Positions 9,836 to 19,418 of a stretch of 64,000 nt of DNA are shown one piece after another. The notes beneath the pieces are model-generated. The model had not been told where the DNA came from. It searched no databases and saw only the letters and a program-made list of their open reading frames with translations. Numbering within the stretch: position 1 is the stretch's first letter; the number at the start of each line of letters is the position of its first letter. The translations under genes and the position numbers were made by a program. The stretch is from Candidatus Heimdallarchaeota archaeon (GTDB taxonomy: Archaea > Asgardarchaeota > Heimdallarchaeia > Heimdallarchaeales > Heimdallarchaeaceae): contig JAAFKI010000124.1 of assembly GCA_021399345.1 (NCBI GenBank), forward strand, positions 1 to 64,000. The letters run 5' to 3'.

Positions 9836-11212
9836 TCAATTTTTCTTTGAGAAGATTTGCTTGAAAATTGATGTTGTTTTTACTTTCTCATCCTTCATAA
9901 ATGGATCAAAGTCCCCCTTCCAGAGTATTGGAAGAGATATTAAGATGAAAATTGCACAAATAGGACCTAGCCAAACAAGCCCTAGGTTTATAGTTTCGCT
10001 CCCCACTACTTTGGTCCAACTTCGCAGAAAGCCTGCAGCTATAAATCCAATTGCTTGAGCTATATTGAAAGGTAAACTTTTGAAACCTGTATAGAGTCCT
10101 GAACGATTTTCAGAAGTATTTCGTTCATCTTGATCAGCAAAGTCTGCCAAGATCGCATATGAGAAAAGATAAACTGCCGAAACACCAAATACAGCACCGA
10201 TACCAAAAACATACCCTTGAATTATGGGAGAAATAAATGTGATTCTTCCAATGAGTGGAGTTAATGGCATCCAAATTAACAACCACGTGAAAGCAACTAT
10301 CAATGACCATTTCTTACCAAATTTCTTAGCAAAACTTCCCCAGAGAAGGAATCCCAACACAATAACACAAAGCATTACTGCTGCAAAAAGAAATTTCTCC
10401 ATAGCATTAACAATTCCTATAATATTTTCTAGAAAATCTAGAATCAAAGCAGACATTATAGTAACTCCAACATTGAGAATTGTAAACCCGCCTACCCAGA
10501 TCATGTAATTTCGGTTACGAAATGCAACTTTTATCTCACTCCAAGCTTTCTTCTTCTTATCTTCAATTTTCTTTTCTTTGATTTTCAATAATGCTGGTAA
10601 AAAGAACAGAAGTTCTAAAACTGCAAAAAGAAGTGCGAAAATCAACAAGTATTTTCCAGCAACACCATAGATTCCCTGAGGATCTTCGCTAATGAAACCA
10701 GACATCACTAAAACAAAACCACCACCAATTGCACTTCCAATTAAATTCACAGTACTCATTAAACCAGATACCTGAACTCTTTCATCTTCAGAAGTTATTT
10801 CTGGCATCCAAGATTGATAGGGAATCAAGAGATAACCATAGAATAGATGGAAAGCTGAATTCCAAACTAACAACCAAACGAACTTCGCTGTTTGACCTCC
10901 TAAGGGGATAATGAATTGGGGTGTAAACAACATAACAAAGGAGACGGCTAGTGCTGGTGCGCCAGTCCATATGAAAAACTTCCTTCTTCCTAATCTCGAT
11001 TTTGATGATAGTGAATCGGATACAATGCCAAATACAACAGAAGAAATTCCAATTACTATTTTTCCTACAGCATTACCAATACCGTTGAGTACAGGATCCA
11101 AATTCACTTGATTAGTATACATCCAGAAGGTTGCCACAAAAACCACATTCAGTAGAATCGTTGTCCCTGTTCTACATATCGAATAGTAGATTTTTTGTCT
11201 AACTGTAAGCAT
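9836..11212 (-). CDS. MFS transporter, GPH/MelB-like
   Basis: GIVSD..SRLGRRK, PYQSWMPEIT, ADFADQDE...RSGLY; about 12 TM. Confidence 0.9.
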   Translation of the reverse strand: MLTVRQKIYYSICRTGTTILLNVVFVATFWMYTNQVNLDPVLNGIGNAVGKIVIGISSVVFGIVSDSLSSKSRLGRRKFFIWTGAPALAVSFVMLFTPQFIIPLGGQTAKFVWLLVWNSAFHLFYGYLLIPYQSWMPEITSEDERVQVSGLMSTVNLIGSAIGGGFVLVMSGFISEDPQGIYGVAGKYLLIFALLFAVLELLFFLPALLKIKEKKIEDKKKKAWSEIKVAFRNRNYMIWVGGFTILNVGVTIMSALILDFLENIIGIVNAMEKFLFAAVMLCVIVLGFLLWGSFAKKFGKKWSLIVAFTWLLIWMPLTPLIGRITFISPIIQGYVFGIGAVFGVSAVYLFSYAILADFADQDERNTSENRSGLYTGFKSLPFNIAQAIGFIAAGFLRSWTKVVGSETINLGLVWLGPICAIFILISLPILWKGDFDPFMKDEKVKTTSIFKQIFSKKN

Positions 11213-11368
11213 GATAGTATCCTTCTGAAAGCATGATAGTAAAAGAATGATATTATTGTGTAGTTGATTTTATTTAAGATTTTGTAATTAATTGATTACT
11301 TCATAAGATATTGCGCCTAAAGCAAAAGTTTTTTGTTTTAACATGAAATGTTTACATGAAGTGTTTGG

Positions 11369-12253
11369 ATGTCAAATGATGAGATATTAAAAATAATAAA
11401 ACTACTAGAAAACCCAAGTCCTGCTCTCCGTCAACTTGCATTGGAACAATTAGCTCCTTTTGGAAGTGAAGAAATTGCAAAACAGAAGATAATCCAGTCA
11501 TTGAAAGATTCTGACCACGAAGTTAGAATTTATGCTGCAGAAATCCTTGGAGATATAGTTGATAGTCAAGCATTAATTGCTTTAAGTCAAGCTCTAGAAG
11601 ATGAAAATTGGGGAGTAAGAAAAGCTTCTGTTGATTCTTTTGGTAAGCATAAAAATCCAGATACTCTCTCCTTCATTATCCACACATTAGACGATGAACA
11701 CCCTCAAGTTAGATATTCTGCAGCTAAAGCGTTAAAGAATTTTGATGACCTAACTATAATTGAACCATTATTTAAGAGATTGAAGGATGATACTGAATCA
11801 GTTAGAGAAGAAGCTAAGACAACTATACTAAGATTTCCAATCAAAGTTCCAGCTTCCCTTGTAGCTAATTATGTTCTAGATTCTAATAAACTAGTTAAGG
11901 AAGTAGTCGTTGAATTTCTGACTTATCGTGTAGAAGGTAATCCTGTTCCACATTTAATAAAAGCTTACGATGATCAAGATTGGGAAATTAGATTACAAGC
12001 TTTGCAAGAAATAAGAAAACTAATTGATATAGGGGAAATAGAGGATTCCAGGATTTATGAAGCAAATTTAAGGGCTTTGGACGATAATGACCCAAGAGTA
12101 AGATTTGAAGCTATCAGCAACATCGGTATTCTAAAAGACCCAAATGCTATAGACATTCTAGGAGAAATAGCTAGGAATGACGAGGATTCTAATAATAGAT
12201 TGATGGCAACAGAAACAATGACATCTATCAGGAGAGCTATGAGATTAGAATAG
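11369..12253 (+). CDS. HEAT/PBS-lyase repeat protein
   Basis: Repeated L.D....VR..AA..LG units. Confidence 0.9.
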   Translation: MSNDEILKIIKLLENPSPALRQLALEQLAPFGSEEIAKQKIIQSLKDSDHEVRIYAAEILGDIVDSQALIALSQALEDENWGVRKASVDSFGKHKNPDTLSFIIHTLDDEHPQVRYSAAKALKNFDDLTIIEPLFKRLKDDTESVREEAKTTILRFPIKVPASLVANYVLDSNKLVKEVVVEFLTYRVEGNPVPHLIKAYDDQDWEIRLQALQEIRKLIDIGEIEDSRIYEANLRALDDNDPRVRFEAISNIGILKDPNAIDILGEIARNDEDSNNRLMATETMTSIRRAMRLE

Positions 12254-12298
12254 ATAAATTTCCCTAAAATTTTTATAATGAACACTTCAGTTGAATGT

Positions 12299-12547
12299 AT
12301 GAAGCCACCAATTTGCATTATTTGTTACAAGGAATTCAGAGATTCAGATGAAGGAGGATTAGTTTACTTTGAGAAAAGCAAAAGCGATGAAAGATGGATT
12401 AAAGCTATGAAAGTTGAAGGATTAACTGGTCATCCACCCTATGCGGATTGGTTCTGTGAAAAACACTATACAGCAGCCAAGGAATTATCCCATCTAACAA
12501 TATTAGAAGCTATAGAAATATTGAAAGAAAAATTTACAGAGGAATAA
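12299..12547 (+). CDS. Small putative Zn-finger protein (paralog 1)
   Basis: MKPPICIIC...GHPPYADWFCEKH. Confidence 0.75.
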   Translation: MKPPICIICYKEFRDSDEGGLVYFEKSKSDERWIKAMKVEGLTGHPPYADWFCEKHYTAAKELSHLTILEAIEILKEKFTEE

Positions 12548-12553
12548 TATCAG

Positions 12554-12805
12554 ATGAAACCACCAATTTGTGAAATCTGTCTAAAAAGATTTAATCATGC
12601 AGAAGAAGGAGGAACTATTAGTTTTAAGAAAACCAAATCTAATTTGAAATGGGAGAAAAGAGTCAAAAAGAAGGGAATAGTTGAGCATCCACCGTATATG
12701 GAATGGTTTTGTGGAGAACACTTTGATGCAGCAAAGAAACTAGAACACCTACATCGGCATGAAGCTCTAGAAAAACTGAGAAATCTATTGTTAATAGAAG
12801 AATAA
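12554..12805 (+). CDS. Small putative Zn-finger protein (paralog 2)
   Basis: MKPPICEIC...EHPPYMEWFCGEH. Confidence 0.75.
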   Translation: MKPPICEICLKRFNHAEEGGTISFKKTKSNLKWEKRVKKKGIVEHPPYMEWFCGEHFDAAKKLEHLHRHEALEKLRNLLLIEE

Positions 12806-12857
12806 TCTTTATCTTAATGAAAAAACACATTATGAAACAATATTCAAGTGAGTATCC

Positions 12858-13139
12858 ATGACGAATATAGAAATTATAACTTTCACTAAAATTAAAGAGA
12901 TTATAGGCAAGAAGAAATTCTTCTACGAGGCATCATCTGTAGAAAATCTACTCGATAAGTTGTTTGAAGAATTCGGTGAAATTCTCAGAACTGAGATTCT
13001 CGACATCAATGGTGAGGTTAAAAAACACTATAGAATAATCGTAAATGGAAGAAATATCAATCTTTTAGAGGGATTTAAAACAATATTAAAAGAAGGAGAT
13101 ATGGTAGCGTTTATGCCAGCAATCGCTGGTGGAAATTAA
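12858..13139 (+). CDS. MoaD/SAMP ubiquitin-like protein
   Basis: Beta-grasp pattern IIVNGRNI...T.LKEGD.VAFMPAIAGG followed by N. Confidence 0.9.
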   Translation: MTNIEIITFTKIKEIIGKKKFFYEASSVENLLDKLFEEFGEILRTEILDINGEVKKHYRIIVNGRNINLLEGFKTILKEGDMVAFMPAIAGGN

Positions 13140-13190
13140 TGTTAATGTTATTTTGAGTAAGTTTTTAACTGTCTGAAGTACAATAATATT

Positions 13191-14999
13191 GTGCAATTCA
13201 GAGAGTACAATTATGGGTTAAAATCGACTAAAGTCAGATTCATAGAGATTTTTGTCTTAGTCCTTGGCCTTTTAGTACTCAGTATGCCAGTTGCAATTTA
13301 TAGTTTTGATGACACCCTAATAGGTGGACAATATTTAGGAACATCCTGGTCAACTCCTTTTGGTAGGAACATCAAAGGATCACCCGCTCTTGTTGACCTC
13401 GACAGAGACGGAAATATTGAGATTATAGTCTTGACCACCAACTATGTTTTTTGTTTGAATAACATAGGTTCAATAGAGTGGTATCTTAATCTAGACACAA
13501 CTCTTTCTGGAAAAATCAACTTTGCGGATCTAGATGAAGATGGTAAGATTGATTTATTAATCTCAGGAGAATCCTCACTAATTTGTATTAATCACAGGGG
13601 ATCAATTCTTTGGGAATATTTAGCTGATTCTGAACTTAAGGACTTTACTCCTTGTATTTTTGATATCGATGGTGACATGCATTTAGATATTATTGTTTCT
13701 ACAGCAGAAATTACAAGCCAACCTTTTGTATTAAATCGAAAAGGAAAATTTGTTTACTCTTTTGATATAACATTACAATATTCAGGATATTGGACACTCC
13801 TCTTTGGTTCAGCTCCAATCATTGCAGATATAGATAATGACGATATTTTAGACATTTTACTAATCGGAAATGATTACAAACTTCATTCCTTTACCACTTC
13901 AGGTGAAGAGAAATGGATATCACCAACAATTAGAGGAGATTCTTTAATTGGAGTAGCAGATCTTGATGGAGATAGTACCGCAGAAATAATAGTTGGAAGC
14001 ACTTTTCACCTATATTGTTTTGACCATAATGGCGAAATAGAATGGTCATATACACAGGAATTACAAAATAACAGAAGCAACATCATGGACTTCAATCCTT
14101 GTATTGCTGATTTAGATAATGATGGTAGCTTAGAGATTATATCTAGTGCCTATAACCCTTTAACAGGTGAAGGAAACATCTTTTGTTTAAATGAAACCGG
14201 ACAACTTCAATGGAGATATAATTCTACAAATGGTTTAGGTAGTCCTTGTGCAATTGATATTGATAACGATAAAACTTCGGAGATTCTTTTCGGTGAAGGA
14301 AACACTAATTTTGTGGGATTGAATCATCTAGGGGAATTATTGATATTTCGGGAAGTTGGGGGCATACACACAGATCCGCCCTTAGTTGCAGATATTGACA
14401 AAGATGGCAAACTAGAAGTAATAATATCAAGAGCAAACAAGAAAGATGTCCATTGTTTTGAACTTCTTGAGTCAGCCAATTCTACTAGCTCTTGGTGGAC
14501 CTATGGAGGAAGTTTTCAGCGACATGGAAGCCCAGATAGTGATGGGGATTTTCTGAATGATTTTGCTGAAGTCAACTTATATAAAACAGACCCACACTCA
14601 AATGACAGTGACGGAGATTTACTTTTAGATAGCTGGGAGGTGGAGTATTTCTTGGATCCACTTAAAAATAGTACTTATGAGGATCCAGATAAAGATGGTT
14701 ATACAAATATCGAAGAATTCGAAAGAGCTTCAAACCCAAACAAATGGGATAACTGGGGAAGACTCTATGGGGGATATCTAATTCCAGCATGGTTACTGAT
14801 TCTTGGGGCACTAGTTTACAGCAGCATCAAACTAAAAGCTATATCACCAAAAATCTGGAATTCATTAGTTACAATTTATATTTATCTTAGAGTACGATTT
14901 GCACGAGACATAACTAAACAAAGAGAGATTTACATCACAGATAGAGAATTTTTCGGTGATGTAGAAGAAGCCTTGAAAGAACAAGAAAATAATTTATAA
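13191..14999 (+). CDS. Membrane-anchored FG-GAP/VCBS beta-propeller protein with bacterial TSP3-like Ca-binding repeats
   Basis: About 8 ADLDxDGxxEII repeats, DSDGDxLxD repeats, N-terminal hydrophobic segment and C-terminal TM; start uncertain. Confidence 0.85.
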   Translation: MQFREYNYGLKSTKVRFIEIFVLVLGLLVLSMPVAIYSFDDTLIGGQYLGTSWSTPFGRNIKGSPALVDLDRDGNIEIIVLTTNYVFCLNNIGSIEWYLNLDTTLSGKINFADLDEDGKIDLLISGESSLICINHRGSILWEYLADSELKDFTPCIFDIDGDMHLDIIVSTAEITSQPFVLNRKGKFVYSFDITLQYSGYWTLLFGSAPIIADIDNDDILDILLIGNDYKLHSFTTSGEEKWISPTIRGDSLIGVADLDGDSTAEIIVGSTFHLYCFDHNGEIEWSYTQELQNNRSNIMDFNPCIADLDNDGSLEIISSAYNPLTGEGNIFCLNETGQLQWRYNSTNGLGSPCAIDIDNDKTSEILFGEGNTNFVGLNHLGELLIFREVGGIHTDPPLVADIDKDGKLEVIISRANKKDVHCFELLESANSTSSWWTYGGSFQRHGSPDSDGDFLNDFAEVNLYKTDPHSNDSDGDLLLDSWEVEYFLDPLKNSTYEDPDKDGYTNIEEFERASNPNKWDNWGRLYGGYLIPAWLLILGALVYSSIKLKAISPKIWNSLVTIYIYLRVRFARDITKQREIYITDREFFGDVEEALKEQENNL

Positions 15000-15029
15000 A
15001 ACAAGTGAAATTTTTCTTCAGCAAATTCT

Positions 15030-15506
15030 CTAAGGAATAACTTCTGGTTTATCTGCATCCAAATCTTTTCTTTTATATTCTGCAAATTCCTTTGCTGATT
15101 TGAAGTGCAGTGCTTCTTCAGGGCAGTATTTGACACATTGTGGGTCGCCATCACATAAATCACAAGTTATTGCAATGTTCTTCTCTGGATTAAATCTCAT
15201 AACATCAAATGGGCAGGCTTCCACACAAATTTTACATCCAGTACACAATTCTTTGTCTATCTGAATAGCTCCAGTTATTGGAGATTTAGATATTGCTTTC
15301 TCTGGACATGCCTCTATGCATTTCCCACATATAACGCATACTTTAGGGATTGTAATCCCTTCTACTTCGTTCTTAATAACCTGGATTCTAGAGAGAAAAG
15401 GAGAAAAAACTTTCTCATGTTCAAAGGAACATCGTAGTTCACAAATCCGACACCCATTGCACTTTTCATTTTGAGCGAATATTCTTTTTTTGATTTCTGA
15501 ATTCAA
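15030..15506 (-). CDS. 4Fe-4S dicluster protein (AOR electron-transfer subunit)
   Basis: Four CxxCxxCxxxC-type motifs; 1 bp after the AOR stop. Confidence 0.92.
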   Translation of the reverse strand: MNSEIKKRIFAQNEKCNGCRICELRCSFEHEKVFSPFLSRIQVIKNEVEGITIPKVCVICGKCIEACPEKAISKSPITGAIQIDKELCTGCKICVEACPFDVMRFNPEKNIAITCDLCDGDPQCVKYCPEEALHFKSAKEFAEYKRKDLDADKPEVIP

Positions 15507-15507
15507 T

Positions 15508-17418
15508 TTATTTCTCCTCCTTTACTAAATTAAAAATTTCTGCTGATTCAAGAAGACCCAATTTCCTCAACAAGGATTCCTTTGGTAATCCTGTTTCAAA
15601 ATCCCATCCCCTCAATTCATAATATTCCGGCAACATTTTATCTAATTCTACATATTGGCCTTTTGCAGGTCCTTCAGATAAAGGTTCCTCAGTAAATCTC
15701 TTAGGAAGGTTATCTTCATCTTTCCCTATTCCTTCCCTTAAATTAAACAATCTTTCTAAATTGTATATCCGTTCCCCTATTAGAAGCAATTCATCAGAGG
15801 AGATATTTTTTCCAGTTGTGAGAGACAGAAAAATAGCCATATCTTCCGGTCTAACTGCATATGCGGAAAAGCAAGTATACTTGCACATTTCTGCTGAATC
15901 AACTATTGCTCCAAAATTTTCATGCCAGACCACCATCCTTGGTTTTCCTTCATAAGAGTGGGGATCTACTGCTTTTTCAGAACCAAACCATTCCAAACCC
16001 TTTTCAGGTTCATAACCCAACAGCTCAAAATTAGGTAAAGCGGCAAGATGATCTGCTCCTCTTGTAGCCGTTGCCCAGCCTAAGCCAAAAGCTTTTGCAG
16101 TTCTAACATCATATGCTGGTGGTTCCATTCCTTTTATGTGAAGTGCAAACTCTTCAGATCCAGCATTTATTTTTTCAGAGAATCTCTTAGTTCCTTCGGC
16201 AAGATCATTTCCGATTCCTTCACGAAAGGCTATTTTTTCTATTAGTTCAATTAAAGCGTCATCATTTCCCCATATTAATTCTAGTCCATCAGTATCTTTT
16301 GATGACAAGATTCCTTTTTCATAAGCTTCCATAGCAAATGCTATAGTATCTCCTAGTGAGATAGTATCCAGGCCAAATTTGTTGGCCAACTCATTCGCTT
16401 TTAGAATTGCTCCAAGATCACCAATTCCACACTTAGATCCTAAACAAACAACGGTTTCATATTCGGGACTTCCGCCTTTAGTTCCAGCATATTTCCCAGT
16501 TTTCACCTTAGAATACTTTCCACAATGAATGGGGCATGCAAAACAGCTTTCAGATTTAATTTTATACAATTCATCAAATGTTTCTGCGGAAATGTTCTCA
16601 TATTGGTCAAATATTCCTGATTGGTTATTTCTAGTTGCTAGTCCTCCACTTATATAAGCTAAATCAACTAAAAATGTCGTTCCATAATATGAAAGACTTG
16701 GAAATGCAGGATCATCATAAATTTTCTTAAGAGTTTCATCAACAAAATCATGGAATTCTAGTGGCTTCGCTATCTCTACTGCACCAGTTCCTCTAACAGC
16801 AATAGCTTTCAAGTTCTTTGAGCCCATTACCGCGCCTAATCCAGTTCGGGCTGCAGCTCTGGAAAGATTGTTCATTAGTGCCGCGTATTTAACTAGATTT
16901 TCTCCTCCTTGCCCTATACACAGTACTTGAAAATTTTCAGATAGCTCACTTTTTAATATAGCATCGGTTTCCCAAGTATCTTTTCCCCAAAGATGAGATG
17001 CATCTCGTAATTCTATTTTATCATCTTCAATGTAAAGGAATACTGGTTTTTCTGATTTACCATGTAGAAAGATAGCATCATATCCTGCATAAGCAAGTTC
17101 TGGAGCAAAGTGTCCTCCAGAATTTGCATAGCCAATTCCTCCAGTCAGCGGAGATTTTGCTGCAACGGTATATCTTGCTGTTGAAGGAGCAAATGTTCCA
17201 GTAAGTGGTCCTAGACTTACGATAAGTATATTTTCTGGACTAAGGGGATCAATACCCTGCGATAAATTATCATAAAGATACTTAATTGCCCAACCTCGAC
17301 CTCCTAAGTAATTCTCAATCAACAATGGATCAGTTTCTTTTACAAGAAAAGATTGTTTTGTTAAATCTACAACTATAGTTTTACCTCTATAGCCTTTATA
17401 GTGTGTGGTGGAGTTCAA
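15508..17418 (-). CDS. aor: Tungsten-dependent aldehyde:ferredoxin oxidoreductase family protein
   Basis: KSPLTG, ARTGLGAVMGSKNLKAI, CFACPIHC, GLDTIS and RGADH motifs. Confidence 0.93.
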   Translation of the reverse strand: MNSTTHYKGYRGKTIVVDLTKQSFLVKETDPLLIENYLGGRGWAIKYLYDNLSQGIDPLSPENILIVSLGPLTGTFAPSTARYTVAAKSPLTGGIGYANSGGHFAPELAYAGYDAIFLHGKSEKPVFLYIEDDKIELRDASHLWGKDTWETDAILKSELSENFQVLCIGQGGENLVKYAALMNNLSRAAARTGLGAVMGSKNLKAIAVRGTGAVEIAKPLEFHDFVDETLKKIYDDPAFPSLSYYGTTFLVDLAYISGGLATRNNQSGIFDQYENISAETFDELYKIKSESCFACPIHCGKYSKVKTGKYAGTKGGSPEYETVVCLGSKCGIGDLGAILKANELANKFGLDTISLGDTIAFAMEAYEKGILSSKDTDGLELIWGNDDALIELIEKIAFREGIGNDLAEGTKRFSEKINAGSEEFALHIKGMEPPAYDVRTAKAFGLGWATATRGADHLAALPNFELLGYEPEKGLEWFGSEKAVDPHSYEGKPRMVVWHENFGAIVDSAEMCKYTCFSAYAVRPEDMAIFLSLTTGKNISSDELLLIGERIYNLERLFNLREGIGKDEDNLPKRFTEEPLSEGPAKGQYVELDKMLPEYYELRGWDFETGLPKESLLRKLGLLESAEIFNLVKEEK

Positions 17419-17479
17419 GTTAATACTATATCACAATTATAGAGGATATAAGCTTTACTTCATAATTCAAGATTAATAA

Positions 17480-18019
17480 CTATTTAGGCAAGATTTTAAC
17501 TACTTCAACTAATTCAGAGAAGGATGTAAAATCAGCTGTTACAGGATCATCAGTTTTAGGATTCCAACCAAATAACATCTTAGCAGCCTTAGGATATTTA
17601 GTTACATACCACTTAAACAAATCATTTTTTTGCTCAATGGATGAAAGTAATTCAAAACTTATAGATTGCTTTCTGAATCCAACCTTAATTCTGACATCTT
17701 CTGGATTTGCTAACATGTTCTTGAGCCAATGAGCTTTCATCCCTCTACCCGCAACAAAATGAATTATTCCATCTTTTTTTCTATATTCTACTGGAATAAT
17801 CCTTCTCTTACCTGTTTTTCTTCCTTTAGTATAAAGGAGTAAGAAGATTTTTCCAAAACCGAATAAAGGGAGAATATTTGCTCGATATAAAGGGATAGTG
17901 AAGTATTTGTTTAATCTCTTCCAAGTCTTGAGAGTCTTTGCTTGAGATTCTGAATCTCCAAATAATAAGTTGTACTCAGCAGAACCTGGACGAGGAAAAT
18001 CAGAGATTTGATTAGTCAT
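17480..18019 (-). CDS. Deazaflavin (F420)-dependent nitroreductase family (DDN-like) protein
   Basis: LLLYTKGRKTGKRR..PV and WLKNMLANP.V motifs. Confidence 0.8.
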   Translation of the reverse strand: MTNQISDFPRPGSAEYNLLFGDSESQAKTLKTWKRLNKYFTIPLYRANILPLFGFGKIFLLLYTKGRKTGKRRIIPVEYRKKDGIIHFVAGRGMKAHWLKNMLANPEDVRIKVGFRKQSISFELLSSIEQKNDLFKWYVTKYPKAAKMLFGWNPKTDDPVTADFTSFSELVEVVKILPK

Positions 18020-18121
18020 GTTTAACAAAAACTCTTTACATTCAAAAAAATTGTTGTTAAGATGAAAGTGAAAATGTGAAATAGGAAAGAGTTATCTTTG
18101 TAGATATTAATCTAAAACTAG

Positions 18122-18493
18122 GGATTTTCCTTATTTACTGAAGAATTTGTCATCGAAGAAGAGGTTCTTTTAGAAGAAGATGAAATTGAAGATATTTATC
18201 AATACCATGGTGCAGAGTATGATGAACTTCCCTTCATTGAGTTCAAAGATTATGAGGAGGAGAATCATTCTGATTACCGTTTAACTCTCTTCTTTGCACT
18301 ATTGTTAGCTATTGTAGGTGCTGTTGTACTCGGTTTCTTAACTCCTCGAACATACGGAGAAACATTAAATGATGTTTACTGGTGGACTCCTCTTATTGGT
18401 GGATTGGTTGGAGCTTTTCTAGGAGGTTTTGTTGGTTTAATGATAGATTCTCTACTTTATGGCAAATCTAAAAATAGTCAACAAACATCATAA
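18122..18493 (+). CDS. Acidic N-terminus plus 2-TM membrane protein; start codon unresolved
   Basis: Frame is open from 18122 with Glu/Asp-rich coding-like sequence, but the first ATG/GTG/TTG is at 18302. Confidence 0.55.
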   Translation, partial: GFSLFTEEFVIEEEVLLEEDEIEDIYQYHGAEYDELPFIEFKDYEEENHSDYRLTLFFALLLAIVGAVVLGFLTPRTYGETLNDVYWWTPLIGGLVGAFLGGFVGLMIDSLLYGKSKNSQQTS

Positions 18494-18530
18494 TTATGAA
18501 GAATTTTATAAACTAATAATCAGCAATAAT

Positions 18531-19304
18531 TCATGTTTCTTTTGATGACTTAATTAAGAATCTATGACTCACATACTCTATATATCCTTTATCAGATATG
18601 GTAGAATGAAGTTCAAACAGTTTGTCTCTATATTTTTCAACTGTAAATCCAGGTATTTCCCAAGGAGCCGCTAATAGATAAAAAACAATCGCACCAACAT
18701 CAAAGAATCGTTTTATAGGAAAACACTCTTTCTTCTTGAGAATCTTAAATCCATTATTTTCTAATTGATCTGCTGCGAAATCTGCAGTCCATTCAGAATA
18801 ATCACTCACTTTATCATTAAGGAAAAATTCTCTTAAACCATCATCATTATGAGCTCCTACTTGCTGAGTTAGAAAAATACCGTCTTCTGAGAGTATTCTA
18901 TAAACCTCAGAGGGAGAATAAGATTCATGTCTATTAATAATCAAATCAAATATACCATTCTCAAAGGGTAGGTTTTCATCACCACTAATTTGAGTCACTT
19001 CTACTCCTAAGGGTTCTAGTCTTTTTTTTGCAATGGGTACATTTGGCTCATAAGATTCAGTGGCATATGTTTTTTCTGGAAATGGCTGTAACATTGATAG
19101 AAACTCTCCACCACCAGTTCCCATATCAAGAAGAGAATTAATCTGCCTTAACACCGGTAATATCTCTATTGTATAACTCCACGTTAATGGTGCTGTAACA
19201 AATCTGTCTTTAATATAAGAGAAATCCCATCCTAGAAAAGGTCTTTGAGCTTCTTCAACCAATAAATCAAATACTTCTTTTGAAGCTCTAGAATATTTAT
19301 TCAT
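18531..19304 (-). CDS. Class I SAM-dependent methyltransferase
   Basis: FLGWDFS, LLDMGTGGGE, FDLIINRHE and FLTQQVG motifs. Confidence 0.9.
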   Translation of the reverse strand: MNKYSRASKEVFDLLVEEAQRPFLGWDFSYIKDRFVTAPLTWSYTIEILPVLRQINSLLDMGTGGGEFLSMLQPFPEKTYATESYEPNVPIAKKRLEPLGVEVTQISGDENLPFENGIFDLIINRHESYSPSEVYRILSEDGIFLTQQVGAHNDDGLREFFLNDKVSDYSEWTADFAADQLENNGFKILKKKECFPIKRFFDVGAIVFYLLAAPWEIPGFTVEKYRDKLFELHSTISDKGYIEYVSHRFLIKSSKET

Positions 19305-19418
19305 ATTTTAAGTTTGAGAGACATATTAATGATTTTTATGACTGTGGAAACTTTTTTGTGCTTCTTCAGATACAATGCTTTAAATATATATTTTGCTAGT
19401 GAACTAGGTAGAAATCAG

